64,000 bases of DNA from the human T2T-CHM13v2.0 reference genome, Homo sapiens. The notes below the pieces were generated by a model. That model was given only the letters and a program-made list of their open reading frames with translations, was not told the origin of the DNA and did no database searches. Positions within the stretch are counted from its first letter, which is position 1. Each line of letters opens with the position of its first letter. The stretch is taken from the NCBI RefSeq assembly GCF_009914755.1, contig NC_060927.1; one strand, given 5' to 3'. Position numbers and translations under genes: made by a program. Positions 38,527 to 52,005 of the stretch are shown in pieces.

Positions 38527-38833
38527 AGTCTTCTAGAAAGATCCTCCTTTTATAGAGAGAGAAAGAAATGATAGAAAGAATTTAGAGATGTCCTTAAAGT
38601 ATATCACAAATTTGTGATAGAGCATTGGAATTATTTATTCAATGACTGGCTGTATCTTCTTGACTTTGCCAAGAACAAAGAATTTCCATGTCAGAGTGTG
38701 CCTATTTTGTGAAGTCCGTTATAAAAGTTGTTCTTGAAAACACTGCCAACCACGTGAAAACATGATCTGACTTTGGGTGAGATAATAATGTAGGTGGGTA
38801 AAATTTAGACTAACCAGCCCACTCTCTCTCCAG

Positions 38834-38930
38834 GTGCCATCAACAAATATCCCACCGAAGATATGAAAGCCACATGTGTTAACATGACCTCTCCCAACCC
38901 AGAGAACGGTGGCACAGAAAACACTGTATT
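38834..38930 (+). CDS. COL6A5: COL6A5 exon F (RAINKYPTEDMKATCVNMTSPNPENGGTENTVL), phase 1 to 2
   Basis: Acceptor ctctctctccag| and donor GTATT|gtgagt; 97 nt; paralogous to exon C. Confidence 0.93.
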
Positions 38931-39026
38931 GTGAGTTGAGAAATTCCAAGTTTGGGTAATACCACAACTGGAAACAGTTCTTAAGAAAACTGTGAAATGA
39001 ATAGCATTTTAGTTTTCAAGATCCAA

Positions 39027-39033
39027 GTGTGTG

Positions 39034-39063
<30 letters not shown>
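39027..39063. repeat. (TG)n microsatellite, interrupted
   Basis: gtgtgtgtttttgtgtgt... about 100 nt after the exon F donor. Confidence 0.9.
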
Positions 39064-39064
<1 letters not shown>

Positions 39065-39644
39065 TTTAAATGCTACTCGTTTGTGATGATAGCATAGGTC
39101 TGAAATTAATCGCAGATAGAACAGGACTTATATTTGAAAGAACTATGCTTCCATTTCTGTTTCTTTTACCAAAAATAGCCTCCTATTAGTAACTTCTCAG
39201 TAAGTAGATAACATAACTCCAATATTGGGTACTGCCGAAACAGAAAACTTATATCAAAGATTCCATGTAACAATTTTAGAGCAGAATAAAAACATAAAAA
39301 ACAAAACAAAATATTTGGCCATTTAGAAAGCAAAACACATATGAAGATTGGCAGGAAGGATTCTTTCAAGTTTGATTTTACAAAGTACAACCCTAAGTAC
39401 TCAATAAAAATTTAATGATAGAAATTATACTGGTTTGGAATTCTAAACTGCGGAGACAAATGTCTAAGTTTCCTTCAGAATATTAGAAAATTTCACAAGT
39501 CAAATTTCATTCATGGACTGAACTTGGACTATTCCAATCACATACATAAAATGGATTCCTCTTATATTATCTGGTGGTATTCACATTTAATCTTGCAGGG
39601 GACTTGGCTAACTAATTTTTTATCTCTCTTCTCTATTACCTCAG

Positions 39645-39888
39645 ACTTCTTCCTGGGATATATGAAATAAAGACAGAAAATGGTGATCTGTTTGATGAAT
39701 TTGATTCCCAGGCACAACATCTCCTTGTATTAGGGAACAATCATAGTAATGGTTCTGAGACAGCTACTGATTTGATGCAGAAGTTATATCTGCTCTTTTC
39801 AACTGAGAAACTGGCAATGAAAGACAAGGAAAAAGCACATTAGAAGAAATTTCAGCTCTAGTGGTTGATAAACAGCAAGAAAAAGAAG
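39645..39888 (+). CDS. COL6A5: COL6A5 penultimate exon G; in-frame TAG at 39841-39843 in this haplotype
   Basis: Acceptor ctctattacctcag| and donor GAAG|gtaat. Reads LLPGIYEIKTENG...KEKAH then TAG. One extra T would give LEEISALVVDKQQEKE and a phase-1 end. Confidence 0.88.
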
Positions 39889-40774
39889 GTAATCATGAGT
39901 ACCATAGAGCTGAAGACCCTCAAGTACCTTTGTTTGGATTTTCCCCTGGTGGAAGATGAGCAGTTAGAATTCACTGGGAGAGGTAGAGATGACAGGATGA
40001 GGATAAAAGAGGGGCTTATCGTCTAAGGATCCAAGGGAGATAAAACTTCAGAAAGGCAAAAAATAGTCTTTGTTGACATATTCGAATTACAAGCAGGTAT
40101 AAATGCTTGGTGTGGAGTCAGGGAATGGGGAAGTTGGAGGGGCAAGAACAAGGATAGCAGGTCTCAAGTAAGCAGGAGCAGTCCTGCATCCTTGTGCAAA
40201 ATCGGGGTGAAGGGGAACTGTGCAAGGAGCCTCCAGAGTTTTAATACTCGAGATCTGCTCTCTCCCTTAACAACTAGGGTTTTCTTGGTTTGAGATGTAG
40301 GCCTTTAGCTGAGCCTCAGCCTCAGTGGGACCTGGAGAGGACAAGGCCACCATGGTTCTGAGATCTGTGTGGAGACTGTGGGCAGCTCCATAGGCTGGGT
40401 GGAGAAATGGACCTACAGCTAAAAGCAAAACAGGAGATGGACAGCCGGAAGCTATTGGCTCTAGGGCAGCGATTCACAGTCCTTGCTGTGTCCCAGAGTC
40501 ATGTGGGAAATGATTTTAAAATAAATATTCCTTGGTATCTACTAAAGCTGAAAATATGTATATCCAATGACCCAGTAATTTTACTTCATTGTATATACCC
40601 TATAGGAATATACATATTAACCAAAAATCATGTACTAAAATGTTTATAAAAGCACTATTTGTGTTGCCCCAAAGTGGGAACAAAAATGCTCAACAGCAGA
40701 ATTAAAAAATAAATTTTGGGACATTTATATAATAAAATCCCATATAGGGGCATATATGTATACTTCAAAAAAGT

Positions 40775-40790
40775 TTATATATGTGTGTGT

Positions 40791-40836
<46 letters not shown>

Positions 40837-40935
40837 TTATAAATATAGATATAGTTAAAGCTATAAATATATATACACACATACATAAACATATATATAG
40901 TTTTAGATATGGGTATAATTGTAGATATATCTATT
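40775..40935. repeat. (TA)n microsatellite and AT-rich tract
   Basis: About 18 TA units at 40795-40830 with degenerate flanks. Confidence 0.9.
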
Positions 40936-41511
40936 TGTAGAGAGAACAAAATCAGCAAAATGATGGAAAATAAGAGAAGTGAATATAGGAAAAATAGGAA
41001 AAATACAGACAAAAAGAGAGAGAGAAGATAGATATAATAAAATACAAATTAAATATAAGTATATTGAAATATATGGTTCTCATCAAAATGGAATAAGTTC
41101 ATTTTTGTTTCAAAATGGAATAGGCCCATGTCACTTATCTTTTCCACTGATTACAACTGAAAATTCTGGATGAAATACAAAAAGCAACTACCTGAGGGCT
41201 CTGAAAAGTAAGCAAAAGCAAGTATATTGTGAAGGGCCATGAGTTTCCCATTTTCCTTTCTCTTTTCTTATGTGGCTTTATGCTGAGGGCAAGCCTAAGT
41301 ACAGGAACTGTGTGGCAGTGAAGTAGATGTCTAAACCTCATTAGAAACCCCATATTTTTGGCCAGAAGAACTAGGAAAAGAGGCCCCGTGCATTAAAGAA
41401 ATCCTGCTTTTTTCCCCCTTTTCTGTCATGGGTTTGCTTTGAAGGCAGGCATCAGTTGGCAGCTAAGTGGAAAGCTAGACACTTAAAATTAAAGAGAAAC
41501 CCTTTCTTTCT

Positions 41512-42041
41512 TGTTGAAGGCCAAAAGAGTCAGGGTCATGATTAACTCAGTATACCACTGGAGGCTATATGAGTACAGAGCAAACTGTTCTCATAAATGA
41601 AGAATGTTGACAAACTGACAAACTGCGTATGCCACCCAGAAGGAATGCTGAGGGCAGTCATGCCCCAAAAGCAAGTGTTTCTTGTGATTAGGTACATCTG
41701 AAGCCTGTTAGTAATAATATGAACCTGTGATCAATTAAGCAGCTGACCAATTGTTACCTCCTCCTCCCTGCTCTTGCTACTCAATAAATATGAAGGGTGG
41801 TGGAAGCTCAGGGGCTGCCTTTGCTCACTAGAAGCAGGGAGCTCTCTTCTTCTTCCCTGGTTCCCCTTCCTTTAAAGGTTTCTTTTGTCTTAAGTTTTCA
41901 TTTCTGTGTTTGTCCCTTCCTTCAGTCCCACAATGATGGTCTCAAGCAGTAACAGTAGTAACTTGTAATGACATCTCAAGTAGTAACAGCAGTAACTGCC
42001 ATAGTGACAGTCTCAAGTAGTAACTGTGGCAGTCTGTCACA
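41512..42041 (+). mobile_element. Solo LTR, probably LTR22 (HERV-K22/HML-5)
   Basis: TG...CA termini, 530 bp, 5-bp TSD TTTCT/TTTAT. The opening TGTTGAAGGCCAAAAGAGTCAGGGTCATGATTAACTCAGTATACCACTGGAGGC is recalled as LTR22-like. Confidence 0.7.
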
Positions 42042-42645
42042 TTTATGGCCAGAGAAACTGGAAAAGAAGACCTTGTGGGCCAGCATGTGTGGGTAACCTT
42101 AGGGAGAAGAGAGCTGAACAAAGGAATACTCTACTTGGAATTAGGGGACCTATATAAGTCTCAGACCCTTCCCTAAACTGTACATGTATGAGAAAGACCC
42201 TAAAAAGGATAGCAAAGGCCCTAGAAACTAAACTGTGACTGCTACTCACAGACAATCAGACAGCACTTGCATGCTGAACCTGAGATGATTGCCTGCTAAA
42301 ACAAAAATATTCTACAGAGAATCATAACAGGACTTAGAGTCTAAACAACATAATATTCAAAATGTTCAGGATACAATCCAAAATTATGGAACATACAGAG
42401 AACCAGGAGATGTGAACAATTCTCAAAGAAAAAGACAACCAACATGCCAACCTCAAGGTGACTCTAATGTTAATGATCAAAGACATTAAAGTAGCTATTA
42501 TAAGTATGCTCTATAGGTAAAGGTAAATAACTTGAAATGAATGGAAAGATAGACATTTTCAAGCAGAGAAATAGAAATCACAAAAAAGAACCCAAAGGAA
42601 ATTTTAGAAGTAAAAAATACAATATCTAAAATTTTAAAACATTCA

Positions 42646-43015
<370 letters not shown>

Positions 43016-44005
43016 AAAGAGTCAATGAACTTGAAGAAAGATTAATTATGCAATTATACAAACTGAAGAGAGAAAAGATTGCGAAAAAGGCGAACAGAAC
43101 CTTGGAGGCTTGTTGAGTATCAGAGGGTCTAACATTTGTTTCACTAGAATTCCATAAGGGAAGTAGAAAGATTCATGCAGAAAAAAAATTTTAGGAAATA
43201 ATGACCAAAAATCCCCCCAAATTGGTAAAAGATATAAATGTACAGATTTTAAAAGCTAAAAAAAAAATTCAGACACATCATAATCAAACTGCTGAAAACC
43301 AAGGATAAAGAAAAAAAATATTGAAGCAGCTAAGAAACTATGAGACAAAATAAGGGAACAACTCAAATGACTGTAGATTTCTCATCAGAAACCATGAAGG
43401 CTAGAAGACAGTGGAACAACTTCTTTTTTTTCTCTTTAATGTGCTGAAAGAAAAGAACTATGGACACAGAATTTTATATCCAATAAAGATATCCCTCTCC
43501 CTCTGGAATAAAGCAAAATAAAGGCATTCTCAGATGAAGGAAAATTAAGAGAACTTCTCACCAGCAGACCTGTTCTAAAGGAGAAATATGTGACAGCCAG
43601 GGAGTTGGAGTGAGGTCAAATGACTGGTGACCCAGTGGGCAGGAGACATACTGGGCAGGTGAAATTAAGGAAGGGACACAAATGAGAAATCAAATGGGTG
43701 ATTGAAAGGGAGGAAGGCTGAGTAAGAGAAAGTGGTGAGCACCAGACACAGCTTGCTCATGTGAATAGCTGTACTGTCTGTGAGGTAATTTCATACCCAT
43801 TATCTCATTGGATTCCCTTTAAAACCCTTGTGTGGGAGACAGGAATTAATATCCCTAGTACACAGATGGAGAAACTGAGGTTCAAAGAGGTTTAGTGCCT
43901 TGCCAGTGACTCTGTTTTGGTAACTTCTGATTCAGTATGCTTTACCAACATCTGGAGGAAGGAATAAGGGGTAGATCAGAAACAGAGAGGGTGGGTTGAA
44001 GAGGA

Positions 44006-44380
44006 GGTATATTAGTTTGCTTGGACTGCCATAACAAAGACCATAGACTGGGTGGCTTAAATAACATTGATTTATTTTCTCATAGTTGTGGAGGCTGGAA
44101 GCCCAAGCAAGGTGCCAGCCTATAAGGTTCTTGATGAGGGCTCTCTTCCTGGCTTGCAAATAGCTGCCTCCTCTCCTTGTCCTCACATGATAGAAAGAGG
44201 ATCTTGGTGTCTCTTTCTCTTTTTATAAGAGTAACGGTTCCGTAAAATCAGGGCTTCACCCTTATGACCTCATTTAACCTTAAATGCCTCCTTAAGGGCC
44301 CTATCTTCAATACAGTCACATGGGGTTAGGGCTTCACTGTATAAATTTGTGGGCAAGAGACACATTTCAGTTTATAGCAG
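44006..44380 (-). mobile_element. MaLR solo LTR (MLT1A-like)
   Basis: tattagtttgcttggactgccataacaaa...atgacctcatttaacctt. Confidence 0.75.
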
Positions 44381-45001
44381 GGGATATAATTAAAAATTAC
44401 TCACAGGAAAGAACCCTGTAAATTGGTGATTCCCAAACTTGTCTATACATTAGAATCACCTAGTTATTTTTTTGAAAAGTCCAAAGTCTAGCCCACACCC
44501 CATATCAATTAAGTCACATTCTCTAGAGGTAAGACACAGGCATCAGTTCTTTTGTTTTGTTTTGTTTTTTGAAGCTCTCAGGTGATTTCAATGTGCATTC
44601 AAGTTTGCAAAACACTGCTATAAATCCTGGTTGAATCATTCCTGTTAGACAGCTTTAGATATCTCAAGGTGATTTGCTGCTGAAAATAATGAGGTTGGTA
44701 GAATCAAAAGGATTATCATCAAGTGTGCGTCTTTGTTGTTTGTTATTATTCTTCATTATTTTCTCCAAAAGTTTTCTGCATTTTTCTGTTGTAATGATAT
44801 TATATACATCTAGAAATAAATGATGTCTTTAATTCTTTTTCTCACAGATCTCTAGCCAGCAGCTTGGGTTAGTTATATTTGGCCAGCCCTGCTCCCTGAA
44901 GCCAATCTGAGTCTCTTCAGAAAATATCAGCTTGTCTTTTTCTTGCACTCATGAAAGCTTAATGACTGAGAATCACTGAGTTGTACTTTGTCTTTTTGCA
45001 G

Positions 45002-45030
45002 ATAAGGAAATGGAAGCTACAGACATCTGA
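45002..45030 (+). CDS. COL6A5: COL6A5 alternative terminal coding exon (DKEMEATDI*)
   Basis: Acceptor tttgtctttttgcag|. Phase-1 entry gives DKEMEATDI-TGA, which matches my recollection of a COL6A5 C-terminus. Confidence 0.75.
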
Positions 45031-46997
45031 AGCATCTTACCTAAGAATTCAGTAATTAATCCAATACTTTCGTCATAGTGATTCATACTCTATGTTTATA
45101 GAACGTAAGTTTACCTTAAAGTTAGGCCATGAAACAGAAATAATACAATCTATCTCTGAGTTGTTGAAAAGTTGAAGATGATGCATATAAAGCTCAAAGT
45201 ACACACTATGCGTGGAATATAATCAACTAGTATTATCCCTATTTGAATTATCTAAGTTTGATCATCTATTTGACAATTAAAAATATAAATCCATTATATC
45301 AAATTATCACTTTATGTTGTTTTGTTCATGTTTTGTTTTCCTAAAGAGATTGAACTTTTCTTTTCACCTGTCCATTTGTTTGAAATTTTCATTATATATT
45401 TCTACTAAAAGGACAGATTTTCTGTTTGCTTATTATAAAGTACATTTTCAAGAATTTAATGTAGATATTTTTAAGTGGAACTGTATCTTTTTTCTTTATG
45501 TCAAACCCAAGGCTTGTTTCTTATTTATTTTTCCAATATCAACTGTAGTGTTTCTCAAAGTATGATCCCTGGACCAGCCACATCAGCATCGTCTGGGAAC
45601 TCACTAGAAATGCAGATTCTTGGATTGTACCCCAGACCTACCGAATCAGAAATTCTGGAGGTGGAGCCTCCAGAGGTTGAGAACCACTGACATAGTATTA
45701 TAAATATCAAGTCTAAATCAGACTTCTTTAATAGGGGTCCTTTCATTGGATATTAATAAGTATTTGGGAAAAAATCATTTCTCTAGAAATCACTGATAAG
45801 TAGATATGGGTTTTTCTGCAGGACTTTTTATTGTCTTTAATGGAATATTAAATTCTATTAATATTCTGAGAAAACAGCTATAATCAAACCAATTTGGCCA
45901 CAGAATCTTTTAACAGCATTTTATAGGGCTAGTATTTTGTGGAAAACACTTCAGGAAACAGGAGTTGAAAGAGTTAATCCTGGAGCCAGCTGTAAATTTG
46001 AATCCTATTTCTGCAATTACTGGTCATGTGATCTTGGGCATGTCACATTGCCTCTCTGAGCTTCCATTTCCTCATCTGCAAAATGGGGATAATAATATAA
46101 CCTATGACATTGGCTAATGTAAGCAGTAAATGAGTATGAAGTGCTTCAAACAGCTCTTAGCATAGAGTAAAAGCTTCATAAATGTTAGCTGCTATTTAAA
46201 ATCGTGATCATGTTGATGATGACAGTGATGATAACAAATGATATCAGAGCTAGTGGTTACGGTGAAAAGAACACCCCAGTGCCAGTTTTAGTTCTGTGGC
46301 TAACTGGCTTTATGATCTTGAGAAGTCACCTGATTGCTCTGGTCCTAAACTTTCTTCTCAGTGTAATGAAAAGCTTGGATGAGGCCAGTGTTTTTTATAC
46401 TGGGGTATACATACTGGGTGACACACAAAGATTTTCCAATGCATGGATTTCAAAAGCTAGTCTTAAAAGGCTCCATCTACCTGAGAATGTATTTGTGTCT
46501 AAGGAATCACAGAAGGGCATCCTTTTCTGCATCACCTTTTAAAAACATCCCCCAGTTCACACACACAAAATGGCACATCTCTCAGCCATTCTGAATCTAA
46601 CTGCGGTGCTTTGCCCCAGATGTAAAACCCCTGTAGGGAGGTATGTGGGGTGGGGTGCAGTGGGGATTGTCAAACCAGGAGTCATTTAAAAATATTCTAT
46701 CTGTAGTCCTTCTTTAATCAAAGCACCATAAACCCAAGTAAGGCTTCAAATCTTTTCGATCCTGTACATACTTCTGTTAAGGAAGAAGGGTGTTGCTAGA
46801 AATGGGGTATTTGAACTCATGTTAGAATGTTTTGAATTCAGGTGCATCATGGAGTGAGGGTGATAGCAATGATGATAAATTTCATTTTGTAATCTGGCCC
46901 CTCCCATTTCCCAACTATTGTGAAAGGGTGTATATCTCCTGACTGGGATTTCCATGAGAACAAACAGAATGTATATTGGAGATATATTGATGAATAA

Positions 46998-47358
46998 TGC
47001 TATGGCCTGAATGTTTGTGTTCCCCCAAAGTTAGTATGTTGATGTCCTAACCCCCAAGATCATGGTATTAGGAGGTAGGATATTTGTGATTAAGTCGTGG
47101 GGGTGGATCCCTTATGAATGGGATCAGTGTCCTTATAATAAAGGACACAAGGGGACTCCTCTTCCCTTCCACCATGTGAGAATTTAGTGAAAAGGCACCA
47201 CGTTTGAACCAGAAAGCAGGTCCCTCACTAGATGCCGAATGGGCCAGTGCATTGATCATAAGCTTCCCAGCCTCCAGAACTGAGAGAAATAGATTGCTGT
47301 TGTTTATAAGCCACCCAGTTTATGGTAGTTTGTTATAGCAGCCTAAATGGACTAAAAC
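46998..47358 (+). mobile_element. MaLR solo LTR (MLT1A/MST-like)
   Basis: tgctatggcctgaatgtttgtg...gcagcctaaatggactaaaaca. Confidence 0.78.
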
Positions 47359-49010
47359 AGAGAGCAAGCATTCTTTTATCAGGCAAAACAAAAACAAAAA
47401 CAAAAACAAACAACAACAAACAAACAAAAACCACAAAACAGAAAACAAACAAAAACCCACTATGGAAAGAGCTGTATCTTGGAATAGAATCATAGTAAGA
47501 TATCATCACAGGAACCCCCAATACCATAATTATTTCAACTGAGAGATGAGATTAGACTCTTTCAAAGGCAGAGCATGTGTGGATTGGCTTTTACAATAAA
47601 GACCAGTTCTTCCAATTAGGCTACATGGGGAACATTTCCCATAAAGTGAATGAACTGAATTGAAGCTTCAAAATTCTGAAGTAAAAACATATAGAAAAGA
47701 TGATTAAAATATTTTATCAAAAAATATACTAATAATGTAAGTATCAAGTGTGCTTAATTTAGCAATATTAAACTTTTCCAAACATTTTAGTTTTTTGAGA
47801 TAAATACAGTGCCTCTCAGTAAAAGAGTAACAGGTATAATTAATAGCCATTTGATAAATTTGATAAAGCACTTTTTAAACAATATTTCCCAGAAATTAGA
47901 AAATGTTGTCTAAATGACTGGATAACTGATTCTTTTGTAAAACTTTTTGAAAGATTACTGGGTGATTTTCGGGATATGATTCAGAAAAAAGTCAAATAAT
48001 TGTTTGACATTGCTCTGATAAAACTCCTTCAAGATCCATCGATGTAAATAATATTTATCAGTGCTTAAATATATAACAATAGATATTAATAATTCTATCA
48101 ATTCTGATATTAAATCTTGCCTTACTCTAGCAAAAACAGTAATATGTAAAAATAACAGGGAAAAACTATCCATTTTATTAATAAATGTATTTTGAACAAA
48201 AATGTTTACTTTTTGTCTTAATAGAATTACCAAAATTTAAATATATATGTTGTTTTGATAAATTCTAATGATAATTCATCTTTAAAAAGTGTTAATGTAT
48301 AGAAGCTTATCGTCATAGAAAATAAGAACATACACTTAAATATATATATTTTTGCAGAGAATTATGATTAGGCAAATGAAATATTTTAAAGCATATAAAC
48401 GTATTAGAGTTAGAATGAAATTCTATGGGGAAAGTGGAAGGGAAATACAAATTTAAGGAGCGAAATGAACACTATAAACTATCTGACATTTAAACATAAG
48501 CATGTTTGCATATATTTTTAGTAAATAATGGTGGACTCTGTTGGATAAGTTAAGAGAGAAATGTTAAGGTTTTATTTTTAAATGTCAGTTTTTATAATAT
48601 GTCACAACTTACATCTTTTTCAACCACTTAAACTCATAACGAAAAAAATAGATATTTAAAATGTCCAAGGCAAGAAGTAGATGTTTTGTTTTCCTTTGAG
48701 GTGTGGCTGTAAGCAAAAATTTTTAAAGACAACTAGGCTGGAACCTCTCTAAGATTCTGTTTTAGACCAGCTTCCCCTGAATCCAACACAGAGTTGAGAA
48801 TTTCTGTGCATGTGAGTTACTGAGGGAGTGCTCACAGGAGAACCAGTAAGGAAGGAAGCAAGACGAGGAAGGAGTGGAAGGCAAATAAGGGTGTCATCTC
48901 AGGCGAAGTCCCATAGAGGGCAGCTTAAGCCTGATCCTTCAAGGAAACGCAGGCGCCTAAATTAGGCTGCAGAGATTTCCTGAGCTGAGGCAAGAGAGTT
49001 AGGCTTTCTT

Positions 49011-51415
49011 TTTCTTTCTTTCTTTTTTTTTTAATCCTTTAAGTTCTGGGATACATGTATAAAATGTGCAGGTTTGTTACACAGGTATACACGTGCCATG
49101 GTGGTTTGCCGCACCCATCAACCCGTCATCTACATTAGGTATTTCTCCTAATGCTATCACTCCCTTTGCCCCCCACCCCCCGACAAGCCCCAGTGTGTGA
49201 TGTTCCCCTCCCTGTGTCCATGTATTCTCATTGTTCAGCTCCAACTTATGAGTGGGAACATGTGGTGTTTGGTTTTCTGTTCCTGTGTTAGTTTGCTGAG
49301 AATGATGGTTTCCAGCTTCATCCATGTCCCTGCAAAGACATGAACTCATTCTTTTTTATGGCTGCATAGTATTCCATGGTGTATATGTGCCACATTTTCT
49401 TTATCCAATCTATCACTGATGGGCATTTGGGTTGCTTCCAAGTCTTTGCTATTGTGAATAGTGCTGCAGTAAATATACGTGTGCATGTGTCTTTATAGTA
49501 GAATGATTTATAATCCTCTGGGAATATACTCAGTAATGGGATGGCTGGGTCAAATGGTATTTCTGGTTCTAGATCCTTGAGGAATCGCCGCACTGTCTTC
49601 CACAATGGTTCAACTAATTTACACTCCCACCAACAGTGTAAAAGCGTCCCTATTTCTCCACATCCTCACCAGCATCTGTTGTTTCCTAACTTTTTAATGA
49701 TCGCCAATCTAACTGGCGTGAGATAGTATCTCATTGTGGTTTTGATTTGCATTTCTCTAATGATCAGTGATGATGAGCCTTTTTTTCATTTGTTTGTTGG
49801 CTGCATAAATGTCTTCTTTTGAGAAGTGTCTGCTCATATCCTTTGCCTACTTTTTAATGGGGTTGTTTTTTTAAATTGTAAATTTGTTTAAGTTCCTCAT
49901 AGATTCTAGGTATTAGCCCTTTGTCAGATGGATAGATTGCAAAAATTTTCTCCCATTCTGTAGGTTGCCTGTTCACTCTGATGATAGTTTCTTTTGCTGT
50001 GCAGATGCTGTTTAGTTTAATTAGATTCCATTTGTCAATTTTGGCTTTTGTTGCAATTGCTTTTGGTGTTTTAGTCATGAAGTCTTTGCCCATACCTATG
50101 TCCTGAATGGTATTGCCTAGGTTTTCTTCTAGGGTTTTTCTGGTTTTAGGTCTTACATTTAAATCTTCAATCCATCTTGAGTTAATTTTTGTATAAAGTA
50201 TAAGGAAAGGGTCCAGTTTCAGTTTTCTGCATATGGCTAGCCAGTTTTCCAACACCATTTAACGAATAGGAGATCCTTTCCCCATTTCTTGTTTTTGTCA
50301 GGTTTGTCAAAGATCAGATGGTTGTAGATGCATGGCATTATTTCTGAGGCCTCTGTTCTGTTCCATTGGTCTATATATCTGTGTTGATACCAATACCATG
50401 CTGTTTTGGTTACTGTAGCCTTGTAGTATAGTTTGAAGTCAGGCAGCATGATGCCTCCAGCTTTGTTCTTTTTGCTTAGGGTTGTCTTGGCTATTTGGGC
50501 TCTTTTTTGTTTCATATGAAATTTAAAGTAGTTTTTTTCTAATTCTGTGAAGAAAGTCAATGGTAGCTTGATGGGGATAGCATTGAATCTATAAATTACT
50601 TTGGTCAGTATGGCCATTTTCACGATATTGATTCTTCCTATCCCTGAGCATGCAATGTTTTTCCATTTATTTGTCTTCTCTCTTATTTCCTTGAGCAGTG
50701 GTTTGTAGTTCTCCTTGAAGACGTCCTTCACATCCCTTGTAAGTTGTATTCTTAGGTATCTTTTTCTCTTTGTAGCAATCGTGAATGTGAGTTCACTCAT
50801 GATTTGGCTCTCTGCTTGCCTATTGTTGGTGTAAAGAAATGCTTGTGATTTTTGCACATTGATTTTGTATCCTGAGACTTTGCTGAAGTTGCTTATCAGT
50901 TCACCAAGGTTGAAATGAAGGAAAATATGTTAAGGGCAGCCAGAGAGAAAAGTTGGGTTACCCACAAAGGGAAGCCCGTCAGACTAACAGCAGATCTCTC
51001 TGCAGAAACCCTACAAGCCAGAAGAGAGTGGGGGCCAATATTCAACATTCTTAAAGAAAAGAATTTTCAACCCTGAATTTCATATCTAGCCAAACTAAGC
51101 TTTATAAGCGAAGGAGAAATAAAATCCTTAACAGACAAGAAAATGCTGAGAGATTTTGTCACCACCAGGCCTGCCTTACAAGAGCTCCTGAAGGAAGCAC
51201 TAAATGTGGAAAGAAAAAACCAGTACCAGCCGCTGCAAAAAACAACAAATTGTAAAGACCATCGACACTATGAAGAAGCTGTGTCAACTAATGGGCAAAA
51301 TAACCAGCTAGCATCATAATGACAGGATCAAATTCGCACACAACAATATTAACCTTAAATGTAAACAGGCTAAATGCCCCAATTAAAAGACACAGACTGG
51401 GAAATTGGATAAAGA
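49011..51415 (-). mobile_element. L1PA (L1PA7-like) with 5' inversion
   Basis: 49011-50903 is the ORF2 3' part and UTR (minus); 50900-51415 is the ORF1 end and ORF2 start (plus; ATGACAGGATCAAAT at 51319). 17-bp TSD with 2 mismatches at 48994-49010 and 51416-51432. Confidence 0.92.
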
Positions 51416-52005
51416 GAAAGTTGGGCTTTCTTACTTCCTCCTAGGTTATTGATTGGTCAAGAGCTGCTGTGGAGAGAATGTAAACTCCAGGTGCTCATAG
51501 TGCATGTAGTTAAAGCAGGTCAAGTAGCTAACAGCAGTCCTCAAAGAATAATAGGTGCTGATGTTGGGAGCAAAAGCTCACATGGCAATGGTTGGGGAGG
51601 GAGGCCCAGAAGGGGAAGACAGAAAACGAAAGAATATTGTCCTAGAAATTAATGTTAAAAAAGAAAGATTAGAGGGATTCTGGGCAAAACCTTGATATTG
51701 TCTATTGCACACCCCTTCAAGCACCTGTTTAATAATACCAGCCACTAAATTTGCTAAACATGGAATGTCAAATCATTAATGTACCAACATTCTTCCAGGA
51801 AGAATTATGTCTATGATTCTCCTTATACATTGCTCATTTATATCTATTATCACATCACCCTGAGCTGGACTTCTATTTTGACCATTGAAAATGACAAAAA
51901 TATTGTGTTTGTTTTATATGTGGCATATAAAGGAGTAGGCCCTGGAGGAACATTTTGAACAAATACAATGACATTAAAAGCAGTGAATATTGTTATATTT
52001 TGCAG

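Noticed and set aside
41940-42030. Short repeats with variable spacers resembling a CRISPR array
   Set aside because: Only three degenerate units inside an LTR in primate DNA, with no cas genes.
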